A DNA stretch of 64,000 nt. It comes from Candidatus Bathyarchaeota archaeon. Its GTDB lineage: Archaea; Thermoproteota; Bathyarchaeia; Bathyarchaeales; DTEX01. Each line of letters begins with the position of its first letter. Position 1 is the stretch's first letter. A program made the translations under genes and the position numbers. The notes under the pieces are model-generated. The model was not told where the DNA came from. It was given only the letters and a program-made list of their open reading frames with translations, and searched no databases. Shown here piece by piece: positions 40,528 through 50,392 of the stretch. The stretch spans positions 46,642 through 110,641 of the forward strand of contig JAGTQE010000003.1 in assembly GCA_018396635.1 (NCBI GenBank), given 5' to 3'.

Positions 40528-41315
40528 GGTATCTCAGCTTCCCTTCTCTCAGCAGCTCTTTGAATACGCTCCATAATATGTCTGGGCAGAGATATATCCT
40601 CCCTTCGCATATCAACTGGCCTAACTATAGTCAAACCTTTACCCGGTAAAATTGCTATTTCATACATTTGTAGGCTATGATTTGTCTGTCGCATCTTCTC
40701 GATTAAAATGTAGCGTTTCAGAACACCGTTTCTAACTGCTCTGCGAAACCTTATTATGCCATCAGCTATATGTTCTACGCCCCAGCCAAAGGCCTCAGAC
40801 GTCGTTATAGCATACTGGGAGGTTGCCATAACTGTAAAGTCCCACTTAAACAAAACCTTCTTCACAAAGTAGGAGTATCTTCTGGCCATAGCTGGCTTAT
40901 CAAGCCAGAAAGCTGAGAGCGAATCTATGACAAGGCGTGCCCTACCGTAGCCTAAAGCCTTCTTCGCCTCAATAACTTTGTTTACAAGCTCCTCAACATC
41001 TAAGCTCTGTAGAGACCATTCATCCTTAGCTCCCATTAACGCATCAATAATTATCATCTTCTTCTCAGAGATTCCCCGTGAAAAATCGAAGCCGAACTGT
41101 GCTGCCTGAGTAATTATGGATTCACGGCTCTCCTCTGTCGTCACGTAAATGCATTTATCCCCCTCAGATACCCCCTGAGCGATAAAATGTATGCAGAGTA
41201 TAGTTTTTCCAGTACCAGGTTCACCGGTAACAGCAACAGTAAAACCCTTTGGTATTCCGCCCTCAAGCATGGCATCTAATTCTCGCACTCCAGTAGACAA
41301 GCGCTCAATAGACAT
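40524..41315 (-). CDS. Single-domain KaiC-family ATPase
   Basis: GEPGTGKT, TTEE, RLVIDS, AFWLDKP, EKMRQT. Confidence 0.9.
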   Translation of the reverse strand: MSIERLSTGVRELDAMLEGGIPKGFTVAVTGEPGTGKTILCIHFIAQGVSEGDKCIYVTTEESRESIITQAAQFGFDFSRGISEKKMIIIDALMGAKDEWSLQSLDVEELVNKVIEAKKALGYGRARLVIDSLSAFWLDKPAMARRYSYFVKKVLFKWDFTVMATSQYAITTSEAFGWGVEHIADGIIRFRRAVRNGVLKRYILIEKMRQTNHSLQMYEIAILPGKGLTIVRPVDMRREDISLPRHIMERIQRAAERREAEIP

Positions 41316-41396
41316 TTAGATCATCTTCCCTAATGTTTTCTCTTCTTAAAAAAAGATTGTATTAACAGCCAATATACGGTTTTTATAGAATACAAA

Positions 41397-42020
41397 TTAT
41401 TGAAAAATATTTGGCTTAATATTCAAATATACCAGCGGGCCCCTCTCCTTCGGTAGTCGCGCTATTCTCGCACTCAGAGCATTATGGATCTTTAGTGGGT
41501 CTATTGCTATTATCCTTGATTCTTTACCAGCCTTTTGGATATATTTCGCTATCTCTTCAACTATCAAATTTTCAGCTATAAACTCAACCATGCATATTTC
41601 GCCGTGCTTTATAAGCTTCCTAACAGCAATATCCTTTAAATCCTGCCTATAATCCATATGCTGATACAATTTTCTCGCAGTTTTAATGTTCTCTAAATGA
41701 TTCTTCGGCATTTCAAACCTTGTTGATAAGACTCTAACTCGCTCCTGCCACTTCTTAAGCCACATACCGGCCCAAAAGTTTATTGAAGCTCTCAAATCTA
41801 ATGGATTCTTTCTAAAGTATTCCTCAATCTTTCTATAGACCGTTTTAGTATCCTCTGTGTCTAACTTTACCTTCAGCCATGTCTCTAAATCCCTCGAGGC
41901 GTATACAACCATTTGGTAATCAAGCGTGTACGGCTTAAACTGGGGAATATAATTTTCGAACTCCTCGACAAGCAATGAAAAGAGTCTATTGCGGAAATTT
42001 ATGGCGCTCATCAGATACAC
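41397..42020 (-). CDS. Hypothetical protein
   Basis: 207-aa ORF with no recognised motif. Confidence 0.7.
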   Translation of the reverse strand: MYLMSAINFRNRLFSLLVEEFENYIPQFKPYTLDYQMVVYASRDLETWLKVKLDTEDTKTVYRKIEEYFRKNPLDLRASINFWAGMWLKKWQERVRVLSTRFEMPKNHLENIKTARKLYQHMDYRQDLKDIAVRKLIKHGEICMVEFIAENLIVEEIAKYIQKAGKESRIIAIDPLKIHNALSARIARLPKERGPLVYLNIKPNIFQ

Positions 42021-42094
42021 TCACACATTAACTTATTATGGAAAATTGTCCAATTTAAAAGTTGCTAATAGACCATAGATGTAATCCTAAGTTC

Positions 42095-43003
42095 TCAGCG
42101 GAGATCGCATGGTAAATCCTCAAACCTTGGAAGTCCATCCCTTGCACCCATCTTTGTTAAACATCTTGATGCAACAAAGTTGCCGAGAACTCCACATTCT
42201 CTAAGGCTTTTACCTCTGAGTAGCCCGTATATGAAGCCGGCGCAGAAGGCGTCTCCGGCACCAGTTGTATCAATAACTTCAACCTTAAATGGGCTTATTA
42301 AGTGTTCTTCATTGCCGTCCGTGACATAGCAGCCTCTTCCTCCGAGCTTGACTGCAACAATTTGGACACCTTCATTGAGTAGGATCTGGGCGCCCTCTCG
42401 GTAATCTTCTCCAGTTAGGAGGCGTAGTTCACCCTCGCTTGGTAGGAAAGCGTAGGTTCTTTTCACTATAGGTTTAAGGGTATCTAAACCCTTACGGGCG
42501 TAAATGACCCCGGGGTCAAATGTAACTTTAATGTCGGAGATACTTTCAATGAGCTTTTTCTGGGCTTCGAAGGGCAGTTTTCCCGCGAAAGAAGTTAAAT
42601 GTAGAATTTTTGCGCCCCTGACGTAATCTAAGTTTATTTCCTCATATTTTAGCGTGTTATTGACGCCAGGGTCTAGGTATAATGCTCTGTTTCCCTTCTG
42701 ATCTACAAAGCCTATGACGGACCCGCTTCTACCGGTTTCGGAAACGATTATCCCGCTTGTATCGACGCCCTCGCTTAAGAAAGCCTTTAGGAGAAGTTCG
42801 CCCTCTCTATCCTTAGCAACCTTGCCAATATAGCCAACTTTAACGCCGAGCCGCGCCAATCCAACGGCGGTGTTGGCGGCTGAGCCACCGGGGCTTTCAC
42901 TAAAGTCTATTATTACGCTCTCTTCGTCTGCGCCTGCTAATCTATCAACCCTATAGAGCTTGTCGACGTTCAGTGCGCCGAAGCAAACTACTTCAAAAGT
43001 CAT
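42095..43003 (-). CDS. PfkB-family carbohydrate/nucleoside kinase
   Basis: PGGSAANTA and DTTGAGDAF. Confidence 0.93.
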   Translation of the reverse strand: MTFEVVCFGALNVDKLYRVDRLAGADEESVIIDFSESPGGSAANTAVGLARLGVKVGYIGKVAKDREGELLLKAFLSEGVDTSGIIVSETGRSGSVIGFVDQKGNRALYLDPGVNNTLKYEEINLDYVRGAKILHLTSFAGKLPFEAQKKLIESISDIKVTFDPGVIYARKGLDTLKPIVKRTYAFLPSEGELRLLTGEDYREGAQILLNEGVQIVAVKLGGRGCYVTDGNEEHLISPFKVEVIDTTGAGDAFCAGFIYGLLRGKSLRECGVLGNFVASRCLTKMGARDGLPRFEDLPCDLR

Positions 43004-43905
43004 TACATGATCTCCCTTAAAGATATAATATATTTGCCGAGTTTTCCGCCATAGTTCCCGGCTGAGATTCTTACAACGCCTTTAACGTTCATGGCAGCCT
43101 TAATGCCAGCGCTCATGGCTTCTTTAACGGCTTCTAAAGTTAACCCGTTTATCACTATTTCTGGTATATAGCGTACGCCTTCTGGAACCTTGGACTCTGA
43201 CCCAAGCCTATCCTTTAATGAGGGACAGTATGGGTGGTTTGTTGTCGGACCTATTTGTGGGAACTTTGTTTCGGGCTTTGAGCCAGCTGCACATATATCG
43301 AATGGTGTGATTACCCCGTTGACTTGGCTTATAGCCTTTAGGGCTTTTCTTCCAGCCTCTAACACAGCCCTCTTTGTCCGGCACATGTACCAAAAGTTTC
43401 CGCCCATGACTCCGCGACCGTAGCCGAGAAAACGCTCAATCTTGAAGTCTGGAACCATTATGGGCACAATTATCATCTCACGTCCATACCGTCTTTCAAT
43501 CCACTCATATCCGTCGCCACAATGCCCTATCAGATCCATAGCATCTACTTTGCCTATCGGATTTGGACACGCGTCGAAGATCGATGTAAATGGCTTGACA
43601 AGTATATCCTGCCTAATTCTATAAGATAGCTCCCTGTAAAATTTCCTAACAGATTCTTCAATAGGTTTCCGCTCATCTATGCTGCTCCAAAACTGCAGTA
43701 TTACGCCTAAGCGCCCATCAGGAGTTTTTTCTCTCGGAACCCAACTCTCAATACCACCCTCAATACGCCCAATAACTGTTGATGGGGTTGCGGTCGCATC
43801 CTCGGCAGCTTTAATTAGAACTCTCTTATCGCTTGCGGTGACAAGTATCCTAAAGTATAATCCATCGAATGCTTCAGCATACGTATCCTCAATAAGCACG
43901 CTCAT
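43003..43905 (-). CDS. ftr: Formylmethanofuran--tetrahydromethanopterin N-formyltransferase
   Basis: [42 protein letters not shown]. Confidence 0.95.
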   Translation of the reverse strand: MSVLIEDTYAEAFDGLYFRILVTASDKRVLIKAAEDATATPSTVIGRIEGGIESWVPREKTPDGRLGVILQFWSSIDERKPIEESVRKFYRELSYRIRQDILVKPFTSIFDACPNPIGKVDAMDLIGHCGDGYEWIERRYGREMIIVPIMVPDFKIERFLGYGRGVMGGNFWYMCRTKRAVLEAGRKALKAISQVNGVITPFDICAAGSKPETKFPQIGPTTNHPYCPSLKDRLGSESKVPEGVRYIPEIVINGLTLEAVKEAMSAGIKAAMNVKGVVRISAGNYGGKLGKYIISLREIM

Positions 43906-43970
43906 AACTTCACCATCATTTAATACTTCAATAAATAAAAATTTGGATATTAAATCGCTGATATACCAAG

Positions 43971-44036
43971 TTACTTTTTAGATTCTTCTGTCTTCTTTTC
44001 TCCAGTCTTTTTTCTCTTTCCCTTGCAGCAGGACAT
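43971..44036 (-). CDS. Putative 21-aa basic peptide [21 protein letters not shown]
   Basis: ATG with GGTGA SD 7 nt upstream; fills the intergenic gap, co-oriented with neighbours. Confidence 0.45.
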   Translation of the reverse strand: MSCCKGKRKKTGEKKTEESKK

Positions 44037-44129
44037 TGAATTATCACCAAAATATGGTTTTAGGCTTTACCGCTTATCTATTTTTCTCCTTTATATTAGC
44101 AGAATATTTATTGTCTTAATAAAGGGTCT

Positions 44130-45209
44130 TTAACCTAGCGCCCCTATAGCTTCTCCCCTAACAGTCTTTCTGAAAGCTACGCTTTCCCGAATTAACCGGT
44201 CCATGTTTTTTGGAGTTATCCTCTCAACCCATGGAGCCCTATCCGGATACAAGCTCCTGATTTTTTCGAAGAGAGCTGGACTACAGTAATCTTCTAGCAT
44301 ACTTACGTCCCAGTTCTCCGCTAAATTGAGCACATGCTCTTTGCCAAACTTTTTAAATTGTTCGGCTAGCACAGCTAATATGATTGCATGATGTGATAAA
44401 ACGGCAATTTCAGCTTCCCTTACAGCGTACTGGTTTCCATTAAATGATACTGTTAAGCCTCCACCTCTCCTTACAAGCCTGAAGGGCTCAACGTCAGTTA
44501 TACTGTCCCCGATATAAATTACTGAGGATAAATTTCCTCCGAATATTGAAACTATTTCCCCAATTGCCTTAGCTTTCTCGTGCCCGCCGATTGGGTTAAC
44601 CTCTCTTATCGCGGCCCCTATCCTCATACTCATAATCTCTTTCCAGAAGATTTCGTCAAGGCGAGCTATTACCCTCCGTGTTTCCTGGGGCAAATCTTCT
44701 AGTGTTTTGGCGTTATCTGGGATCTCTATCATAGGCATCTTTACTATCTCTTCCCTAAGGGATTTTATGCGTTCAGCCTCTTCTCTTGTCAGATCATACC
44801 TATCTATGTCGATTTTTGTGCAGTAAACGTTCTCTACTGGAAAGTCTACGGCTTCGCATAACGCGCTTATGTAGGGCTCATAGCTTGTGCTGACTATGAA
44901 TGAGGGCATTATGGATCTGACGAAATGTAGCGCTTCACTAGCTCCGGGAATTAACAGTAAAGTCTCAGATGAGAAGCGCTTCATGAGGGCGTTCGTCGCC
45001 CCATACGCCTTTAAGAATGGGACTATAAGTCTAAGGGTGTCCCCGGCCTTATAGCCCGGTCTCCTAACTATATCAGCTAAAACATCGTCATATCTACTTA
45101 TTAATGTAAAGAATCTATCGCCCTCCGGAATGAGCCAGCTCGATAGCTCAAAAGCATTATCATTTTTAGAGATCGGCCCCTCACAGTCTGTAATAAAAAT
45201 CCTTACCAT
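44130..45209 (-). CDS. HAD-superfamily hydrolase (EhaR/COG4030-like)
   Basis: TDCEGP..KNDNA, YKAGDTL, STSY, GDSITD, SFNGN. Confidence 0.85.
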   Translation of the reverse strand: MVRIFITDCEGPISKNDNAFELSSWLIPEGDRFFTLISRYDDVLADIVRRPGYKAGDTLRLIVPFLKAYGATNALMKRFSSETLLLIPGASEALHFVRSIMPSFIVSTSYEPYISALCEAVDFPVENVYCTKIDIDRYDLTREEAERIKSLREEIVKMPMIEIPDNAKTLEDLPQETRRVIARLDEIFWKEIMSMRIGAAIREVNPIGGHEKAKAIGEIVSIFGGNLSSVIYIGDSITDVEPFRLVRRGGGLTVSFNGNQYAVREAEIAVLSHHAIILAVLAEQFKKFGKEHVLNLAENWDVSMLEDYCSPALFEKIRSLYPDRAPWVERITPKNMDRLIRESVAFRKTVRGEAIGALG

Positions 45210-46621
45210 GCTTTCCTCCTCAACTCCTCCATATGTTTAATGCTACGCTCAATATGCTCCCTCGAAGCTATATCAGTCCTATACCATAAGGCTCCTCCTT
45301 TAATGGCTTTTATGCCCTCCATCGCTATCTCGCGTGCGCTCTGTATATCTTCAGCGATGCCGAGAACACATACTGCTCTAGAGGATAACGCGTAAAGATT
45401 TCCGTCCTCACGAATCTCCATTGAACCCGGATAAATTCTAATATTATCACCATATTTAGACCTGAGCTTTTCAGCCTCATCCAGGATGATTGGTGTACCC
45501 ATCTCGCTTCTATTCACCAGATGTGGGAACACATCTATATATCCGCCATATTTAGGAGGCACTTTATAAATTAGAACCGCAGCCTTCTTATCTATATCCA
45601 CGCGAGTCAACGTTCCCTCAATCATCCTATAGCATATATCAACAAAATCATCCTTTAATAGTGCCAGAATTGGTATTATTTCCGGATCACCCGGCCTACT
45701 ATTATTTTCCAGTATCATCGGCCCCTTACCAGTATGTATAAATGCCTCATAGAAGGGGACTCCTCTAAGGCATGGGTTTGACCCATCACCCCTAAGCTTC
45801 CTAAATATGGTCTCAACTATCCTCTTCTCCTCCTCCCAATCCTCAATCCTCATGAAGGGTAAAATCTCCCCCTTGTCTTTATATGTGCCCATTCCGCCAG
45901 TGTTAGGTCCCCTATCGCCATCAAAGGCTCTCTTATAATCCCTTGTTTCCGGCAATGGGACTAAATGTTTGCCATCACAAAATGCTTGAAAGCTTGATTC
46001 CTCACCTTCAATCTTCTCTTCAACTATCACTGGTCCAACATTGAAGTTTGCTAGAAAATGCTCTAGAAGCTCTTCACGCGTGTTAAAATGGTCCCCCCAA
46101 ACACCAACCCCTTTGCCAGCGGCCGGAGCGTCGGGTTTGACGGCGACTTTATTATTGAGTTCATCTAGCCATCTAAACAGGTCTCTTTTTACCTCATTTA
46201 AGCTCTTATACTCCTTTGGGTCGAAAACCTTAAACCTTGGATTTACTTTGGGCACAACTTCTTGGAAAAGTCTCCTCTGCATAACCTTGCTCCTTTCGAG
46301 GGCATATTCTTTTGTTGGACAGATCATTGGAATGCGAAGGTTTCCTTCTATCAGATCTCTTATGCCGTCAATAATAGGCTTCTCCGGACCAACTATGCCA
46401 AAATCTATTTTTTCCTTATGTCTCTCAACAAACTTGTATATGGATTCAACGTTAAGATCCGGGATCACGACATGCTCCTTAGCCCTCTTAGCGTTGAACG
46501 GGTTTTTCTGCCTATCCGCAATATATAGGTCAACTTTATATTCTTGGCTTCTCATAAAGGCGTCAACCATAGCAGCTTCTCTGGAGCCATAGGAAACGAT
46601 GAGTATGCCGACGCGTTCCAT
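45203..46621 (-). CDS. purD: Phosphoribosylamine--glycine ligase
   Basis: SREAA, VGPE.P, GKGV, DYKRAFDGD.GPNTGGMG, E.NSRPGDPE. Confidence 0.93.
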   Translation of the reverse strand: MERVGILIVSYGSREAAMVDAFMRSQEYKVDLYIADRQKNPFNAKRAKEHVVIPDLNVESIYKFVERHKEKIDFGIVGPEKPIIDGIRDLIEGNLRIPMICPTKEYALERSKVMQRRLFQEVVPKVNPRFKVFDPKEYKSLNEVKRDLFRWLDELNNKVAVKPDAPAAGKGVGVWGDHFNTREELLEHFLANFNVGPVIVEEKIEGEESSFQAFCDGKHLVPLPETRDYKRAFDGDRGPNTGGMGTYKDKGEILPFMRIEDWEEEKRIVETIFRKLRGDGSNPCLRGVPFYEAFIHTGKGPMILENNSRPGDPEIIPILALLKDDFVDICYRMIEGTLTRVDIDKKAAVLIYKVPPKYGGYIDVFPHLVNRSEMGTPIILDEAEKLRSKYGDNIRIYPGSMEIREDGNLYALSSRAVCVLGIAEDIQSAREIAMEGIKAIKGGALWYRTDIASREHIERSIKHMEELRRKAW

Positions 46622-46767
46622 TAAAGATCACCTATAATGCTTAAAGAAGATTAGTGATCCACTTATGTAAAATTTTTGGATTTGATGGTGGCATGTTAAT
46701 TCCCGGAAAGCAGCAAGTCTTTTAAGGGATGCTTAGAATACCGTTAGGAAGGTGGAGAGAAAGGTGT

Positions 46768-47976
46768 ATGAAAGAACCTGTTGCAATAATTGGTGTGGGA
46801 AGGACCAGATTTGGTGAGCATTATGAGTTAGATCCAGAGGACCTGATCGATGAGGCAGGTTTAATGGCGTTAGATTCCGCTGGATTAGAGCGGAAGGACC
46901 TAGATGCTTGTTACATTTCAGACTATCTTCTCCAGGTCACCAATAAGATAGGTTTAGAGGAAGGCTTCATTTCCCAGCTGTTAGAAATGAATATACCTAT
47001 AGAGAAGATGAGGTCCTTCAGTTCGGCGCTGATGAACGCATGCAATGCTATAGAAGCTGGCAGGTATGATATTGTGCTTGTTGGCGGGATGGAGAAGATG
47101 ACTGATAGATGGAGTAAAATTAGAGACAACCTAATGCTCCTTGTTGACCACTGGAGCTACTATGCTGGTGGGACCCCTGAGAGCATTCATGAATTGCTTC
47201 TTAGAGAATATATTAAGGAATATAATATACGGGGTGACGATAGACAGAAGCTTATGGAGGTTCTCGCAAAAATCTCTGTGAAAAACCACCGGAACGCCGT
47301 ATTTAACGAGTATGCACATTTTCGCAGAGAGATAGATGTTAAGAGGGTTTTTGCTGCTAGAGAGGAGGAGCGAAGGCTCTTAGGGCTGTATGATTTTGCG
47401 CCGATATCTGATGGTGCAACGGCTATAATACTGGCAAGCTTAAAGAAAGCGAAAGAGTATGCTAATGATGCCGTCTACATAATTTCCTCCTCCATGGCAA
47501 CAGATTATATATCTTATCCTTCTAGACCCTATAGAACCGGCTTCATTGCGAGTAAGATCGCTATGGAAAACGCTTTAAAAATGGCGAAAATAAGCTTGCA
47601 TGACATAAAGCTGCTTGAGGTTTATGATCAATCAACGGTTCTTGAAATGATATCGCTTGAGGATTTAGGCTTTGTTAAGAAAGGTGAGGCGTGGGCCAAA
47701 TTATATGAGAGCTTTGAGAATTTTAGCGGCTTCTATTACCTAGATGGGAAGCAGATTTTTGTAAATACTAATGGGGGGTTGAAGGCTGATGGGAACCCGC
47801 TTGGAGCTACTGGTGGGGCGCAAATATTTGAAGTTGTGAAGCAGCTTAAGGGTGAAGCTGGGCAGAGGCAGATAAAGTCGGATGGCGATCTAACATACGG
47901 ATGCGTACAGGAGATTGAGGGTTTTGGGACAAAGGTTTACGTTCATATTTTAGGGAGGGAGAAGGGTGGGAAGTGA
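46768..47976 (+). CDS. Thiolase-fold protein, apparently lacking catalytic residues
   Basis: IGVGRTRFGE, GMEKM, PISDGA.A, NTNGGLKA.G.PLGATG; no ACASG or GHP motif. Confidence 0.85.
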   Translation: MKEPVAIIGVGRTRFGEHYELDPEDLIDEAGLMALDSAGLERKDLDACYISDYLLQVTNKIGLEEGFISQLLEMNIPIEKMRSFSSALMNACNAIEAGRYDIVLVGGMEKMTDRWSKIRDNLMLLVDHWSYYAGGTPESIHELLLREYIKEYNIRGDDRQKLMEVLAKISVKNHRNAVFNEYAHFRREIDVKRVFAAREEERRLLGLYDFAPISDGATAIILASLKKAKEYANDAVYIISSSMATDYISYPSRPYRTGFIASKIAMENALKMAKISLHDIKLLEVYDQSTVLEMISLEDLGFVKKGEAWAKLYESFENFSGFYYLDGKQIFVNTNGGLKADGNPLGATGGAQIFEVVKQLKGEAGQRQIKSDGDLTYGCVQEIEGFGTKVYVHILGREKGGK

Positions 47977-49480
47977 ACCGATAGAGAGAAGAGTAGCATA
48001 TATTGGAGATAGGCTCAAGGGGAGTAAGTGTCCTTTCTGCGGAAAAGAATACTTTAGAACCAGAAAGTACTGTGGAGATTGCGGTAGAAAAAGCCTTGGA
48101 AAAATGATAGACATAGACTTCTTCTATGAGAAGGGTGTTTTGGAGACATGCACGGTTGTTAGAGAGCCAACCAATAGGTTCACGAGATTTGGAGCATACG
48201 TCTATGGAATAATATCCTTTCACAACGGGAGGGTTAGGGTCCCTGGAAGATTGACTGATATGATTATAGGGAGCGATAAATCAGTGGACCTAGATAGTCT
48301 TGAGGGCCGCGAGGTTGTTCCTAGGTTTAGGCGTAGGCATTCGGTTGACAAAAGTGACATTATACCGACAATATCTCTAGCCTTCACCTTCGCTGACGAA
48401 TACTATCCCTACCAGCCCTACGAAATAGTTAAGCCGAGTAAGGAGTATGATGCGCCAGGCATAGTTGGCTACGGGGTATATGTATCAAAGTTCAGAATTA
48501 GGGAGGGGGCGATGGAGCGGTCAGTTCCATTTATAGATGAGGATGCGATAACAGCTGCAGTTGAGGCAGGAAAGATCGCGCTGATACACTCAGGAGTGGA
48601 TCATAAGCTCATAGGTAAAGTCTACGTGGGTTCAGAGTCGAACCCCTATGCAGTCAACCCAATAGCTTCGAAGGTTGCCCAAGTCCTTAAGCTTGGTGAG
48701 GAGGAGAAGGCTGAAGGGGTTCAGGGGATTGACGCGGTTGACACGGAGTTTGCATGTAAAGCCGCAACTAGCATGTTTAAAGACGCTATGGCGCTGGTAT
48801 GCTATCCAAAAGATCCCATGGATTATGCCATGGTGATAGGTGCCGACAATGCTCAAGCCGCACCTAGAGGTGAACCAGGAGGTGAGCTCGACTTCTTCGT
48901 TGGTTTCGGAGGTGCAGCCTTTATATTTGGAATGAAGGATGTTATAGCTGAAGTTGAGGGATGGTATTCATGCACATCTGATACTCCTGACTTCTGGAGG
49001 AGAGATTTGGAGCCGTATCCACGGCATGGTGGGCGCTTCACCGGGGAGCCAGCGTACTTTAAGCACATTATAAAAGCTGGCAGAAAGCTCATGGAAAAGC
49101 TAAATCTAAAGCCAAGCGATATAGATTACTTTGTCTGCCATCAACCTAACCCAGCTTTTCCAGCAAGGGCTGCTGCAACGCTAGGCTTTAAGCCCGAGCA
49201 GTATATGCCTGGCCTGCAAGTCTCAAAGTTTGGCAATACTTATTCTGGGTCATCACCAATAGGCTTAGCGGCTATATTAGATCAAGCTGAACCTCATAAG
49301 AGGATAATGATTGTAAGTTACGGGTCGGGAGCTGGAAGCGATGCCTATCTATTTATAACGACTGAGCAGATTAAGGAGAAAAGAAGTCGACAAAAATTTA
49401 CTGTTAAATATCAAGCTGAAAATAAATTCATCGAGTATGTGGATTACGCAACATACAGGAAATTTAAAGAGGGTCTTTGA
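47966..49480 (+). CDS. DUF35 (Zn-ribbon/OB) domain fused to hydroxymethylglutaryl-CoA synthase
   Basis: N-terminal GSKCPFCG..YF....CGDC; C-terminal GSES, FACKAAT, DFWRR, HQPN, GNTYSGS, SYGSGAGSD. Confidence 0.92.
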   Translation: MGSEPIERRVAYIGDRLKGSKCPFCGKEYFRTRKYCGDCGRKSLGKMIDIDFFYEKGVLETCTVVREPTNRFTRFGAYVYGIISFHNGRVRVPGRLTDMIIGSDKSVDLDSLEGREVVPRFRRRHSVDKSDIIPTISLAFTFADEYYPYQPYEIVKPSKEYDAPGIVGYGVYVSKFRIREGAMERSVPFIDEDAITAAVEAGKIALIHSGVDHKLIGKVYVGSESNPYAVNPIASKVAQVLKLGEEEKAEGVQGIDAVDTEFACKAATSMFKDAMALVCYPKDPMDYAMVIGADNAQAAPRGEPGGELDFFVGFGGAAFIFGMKDVIAEVEGWYSCTSDTPDFWRRDLEPYPRHGGRFTGEPAYFKHIIKAGRKLMEKLNLKPSDIDYFVCHQPNPAFPARAAATLGFKPEQYMPGLQVSKFGNTYSGSSPIGLAAILDQAEPHKRIMIVSYGSGAGSDAYLFITTEQIKEKRSRQKFTVKYQAENKFIEYVDYATYRKFKEGL

Positions 49481-49527
49481 ACACTAACAGAAAACCTTAT
49501 ATGTTGCATTAAACCTTTATTTCAGTC

Positions 49528-49761
49528 GCTAGCATCAAAGCAGTTAGCCGAGAAGCGTGCTTCTCGACTTCTGCTTTGATGTTAGTTCCGCGATACAGGA
49601 CGAGAAACAGATGCCGACTATAATGAGCATGCCGAGAATTTTATGCAATCTAGTGAGAACAGGGACTCCTCTTTTAAAGAATTCAAAGCTCCTCGAGGGT
49701 GCTCTACTTCATACTTTAGTTCAAGCTATTGCTTTGGGTAGTTCTGTTCCTGGATCGCGGG
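49528..49761 (+). ncRNA. Large structured RNA or 5' leader upstream of ssb
   Basis: 16-bp helix 49528-43/49571-86 with inner 8-bp stem, second helix 49587-600/49748-61; G-U pairs favour the + strand; BRE/TATA at 49489-49502. Confidence 0.6.
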
Positions 49762-49791
49762 GAAACATGTTGGGAGGGATATTATGTGAAA

Positions 49792-50082
49792 ATGAAGATT
49801 AAAGAGTTGAAGGATGGGATGCGGAAGGTTGATATTACGGCTAGGGTTCTGGAGGTCTCAGAGCCGCGTGAAGTTATCTCGAGATTTAGCGGGCAAGTCT
49901 TTAGGGTTGCCGATGCCATTATAGGCGATGAAACTGGGACAATAAAGCTAACTTTGTGGAACGAGCAGATTGAACAAGTTAAGGTTAATGACACAATCAA
50001 GATTGAAAATGGCTATGTGAGGTCGTTTAGAGGAGAGCGACAATTGAATGTCGGTAAATTTGGGAAGATAACCGTCCTGTAA
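49792..50082 (+). CDS. ssb: Single-OB-fold single-stranded DNA-binding protein
   Basis: KIKELK.G, GDETGTIKLTLW, IENGYV..FRG..QLNVGKFG. Confidence 0.92.
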   Translation: MKIKELKDGMRKVDITARVLEVSEPREVISRFSGQVFRVADAIIGDETGTIKLTLWNEQIEQVKVNDTIKIENGYVRSFRGERQLNVGKFGKITVL

Positions 50083-50108
50083 ACGCGGAAAAATCAACCC
50101 TATGTGAG

Positions 50109-50378
50109 GTGAGAAAAATGCAGGGTGAAAGGAGGAATAGTAGGAGGAGTAGGCGATTTGAGAAGGGTAAAGAGAGAAGATTTCCGCCTAAGCCAGTCGA
50201 GCTAGGAAAAGAGTATGATGTTGAGGTTAAAGAGGTTAGCCGTAGAGGAGATGGCGTAGCGAGAATACAGGGTCTGGTAACATTCATACCAAACGCTAAG
50301 CCAGGCGACCATATAAGGGTGAAGATAACTAAAATAGGCCGTAGATTTGCTGAGGCTGAAATAGTTTCATCGCAATGA
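50109..50378 (+). CDS. Single TRAM-domain RNA-binding protein
   Basis: PV..G.EYDV....SRRGDGVARI.G..FIP..KPGD; basic N-terminus. Confidence 0.92.
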   Translation: MRKMQGERRNSRRSRRFEKGKERRFPPKPVELGKEYDVEVKEVSRRGDGVARIQGLVTFIPNAKPGDHIRVKITKIGRRFAEAEIVSSQ

Positions 50379-50392
50379 GAAACACTGAGTAC

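Noticed and set aside
49528-49761. SRP RNA or RNase P RNA
   Set aside because: I could not find the SRP helix-8 motif or the RNase P P4 consensus on either strand
49557-49802. 81-aa ORF upstream of ssb
   Set aside because: No recognisable protein features; it overlaps the strongly base-paired region and the ssb start
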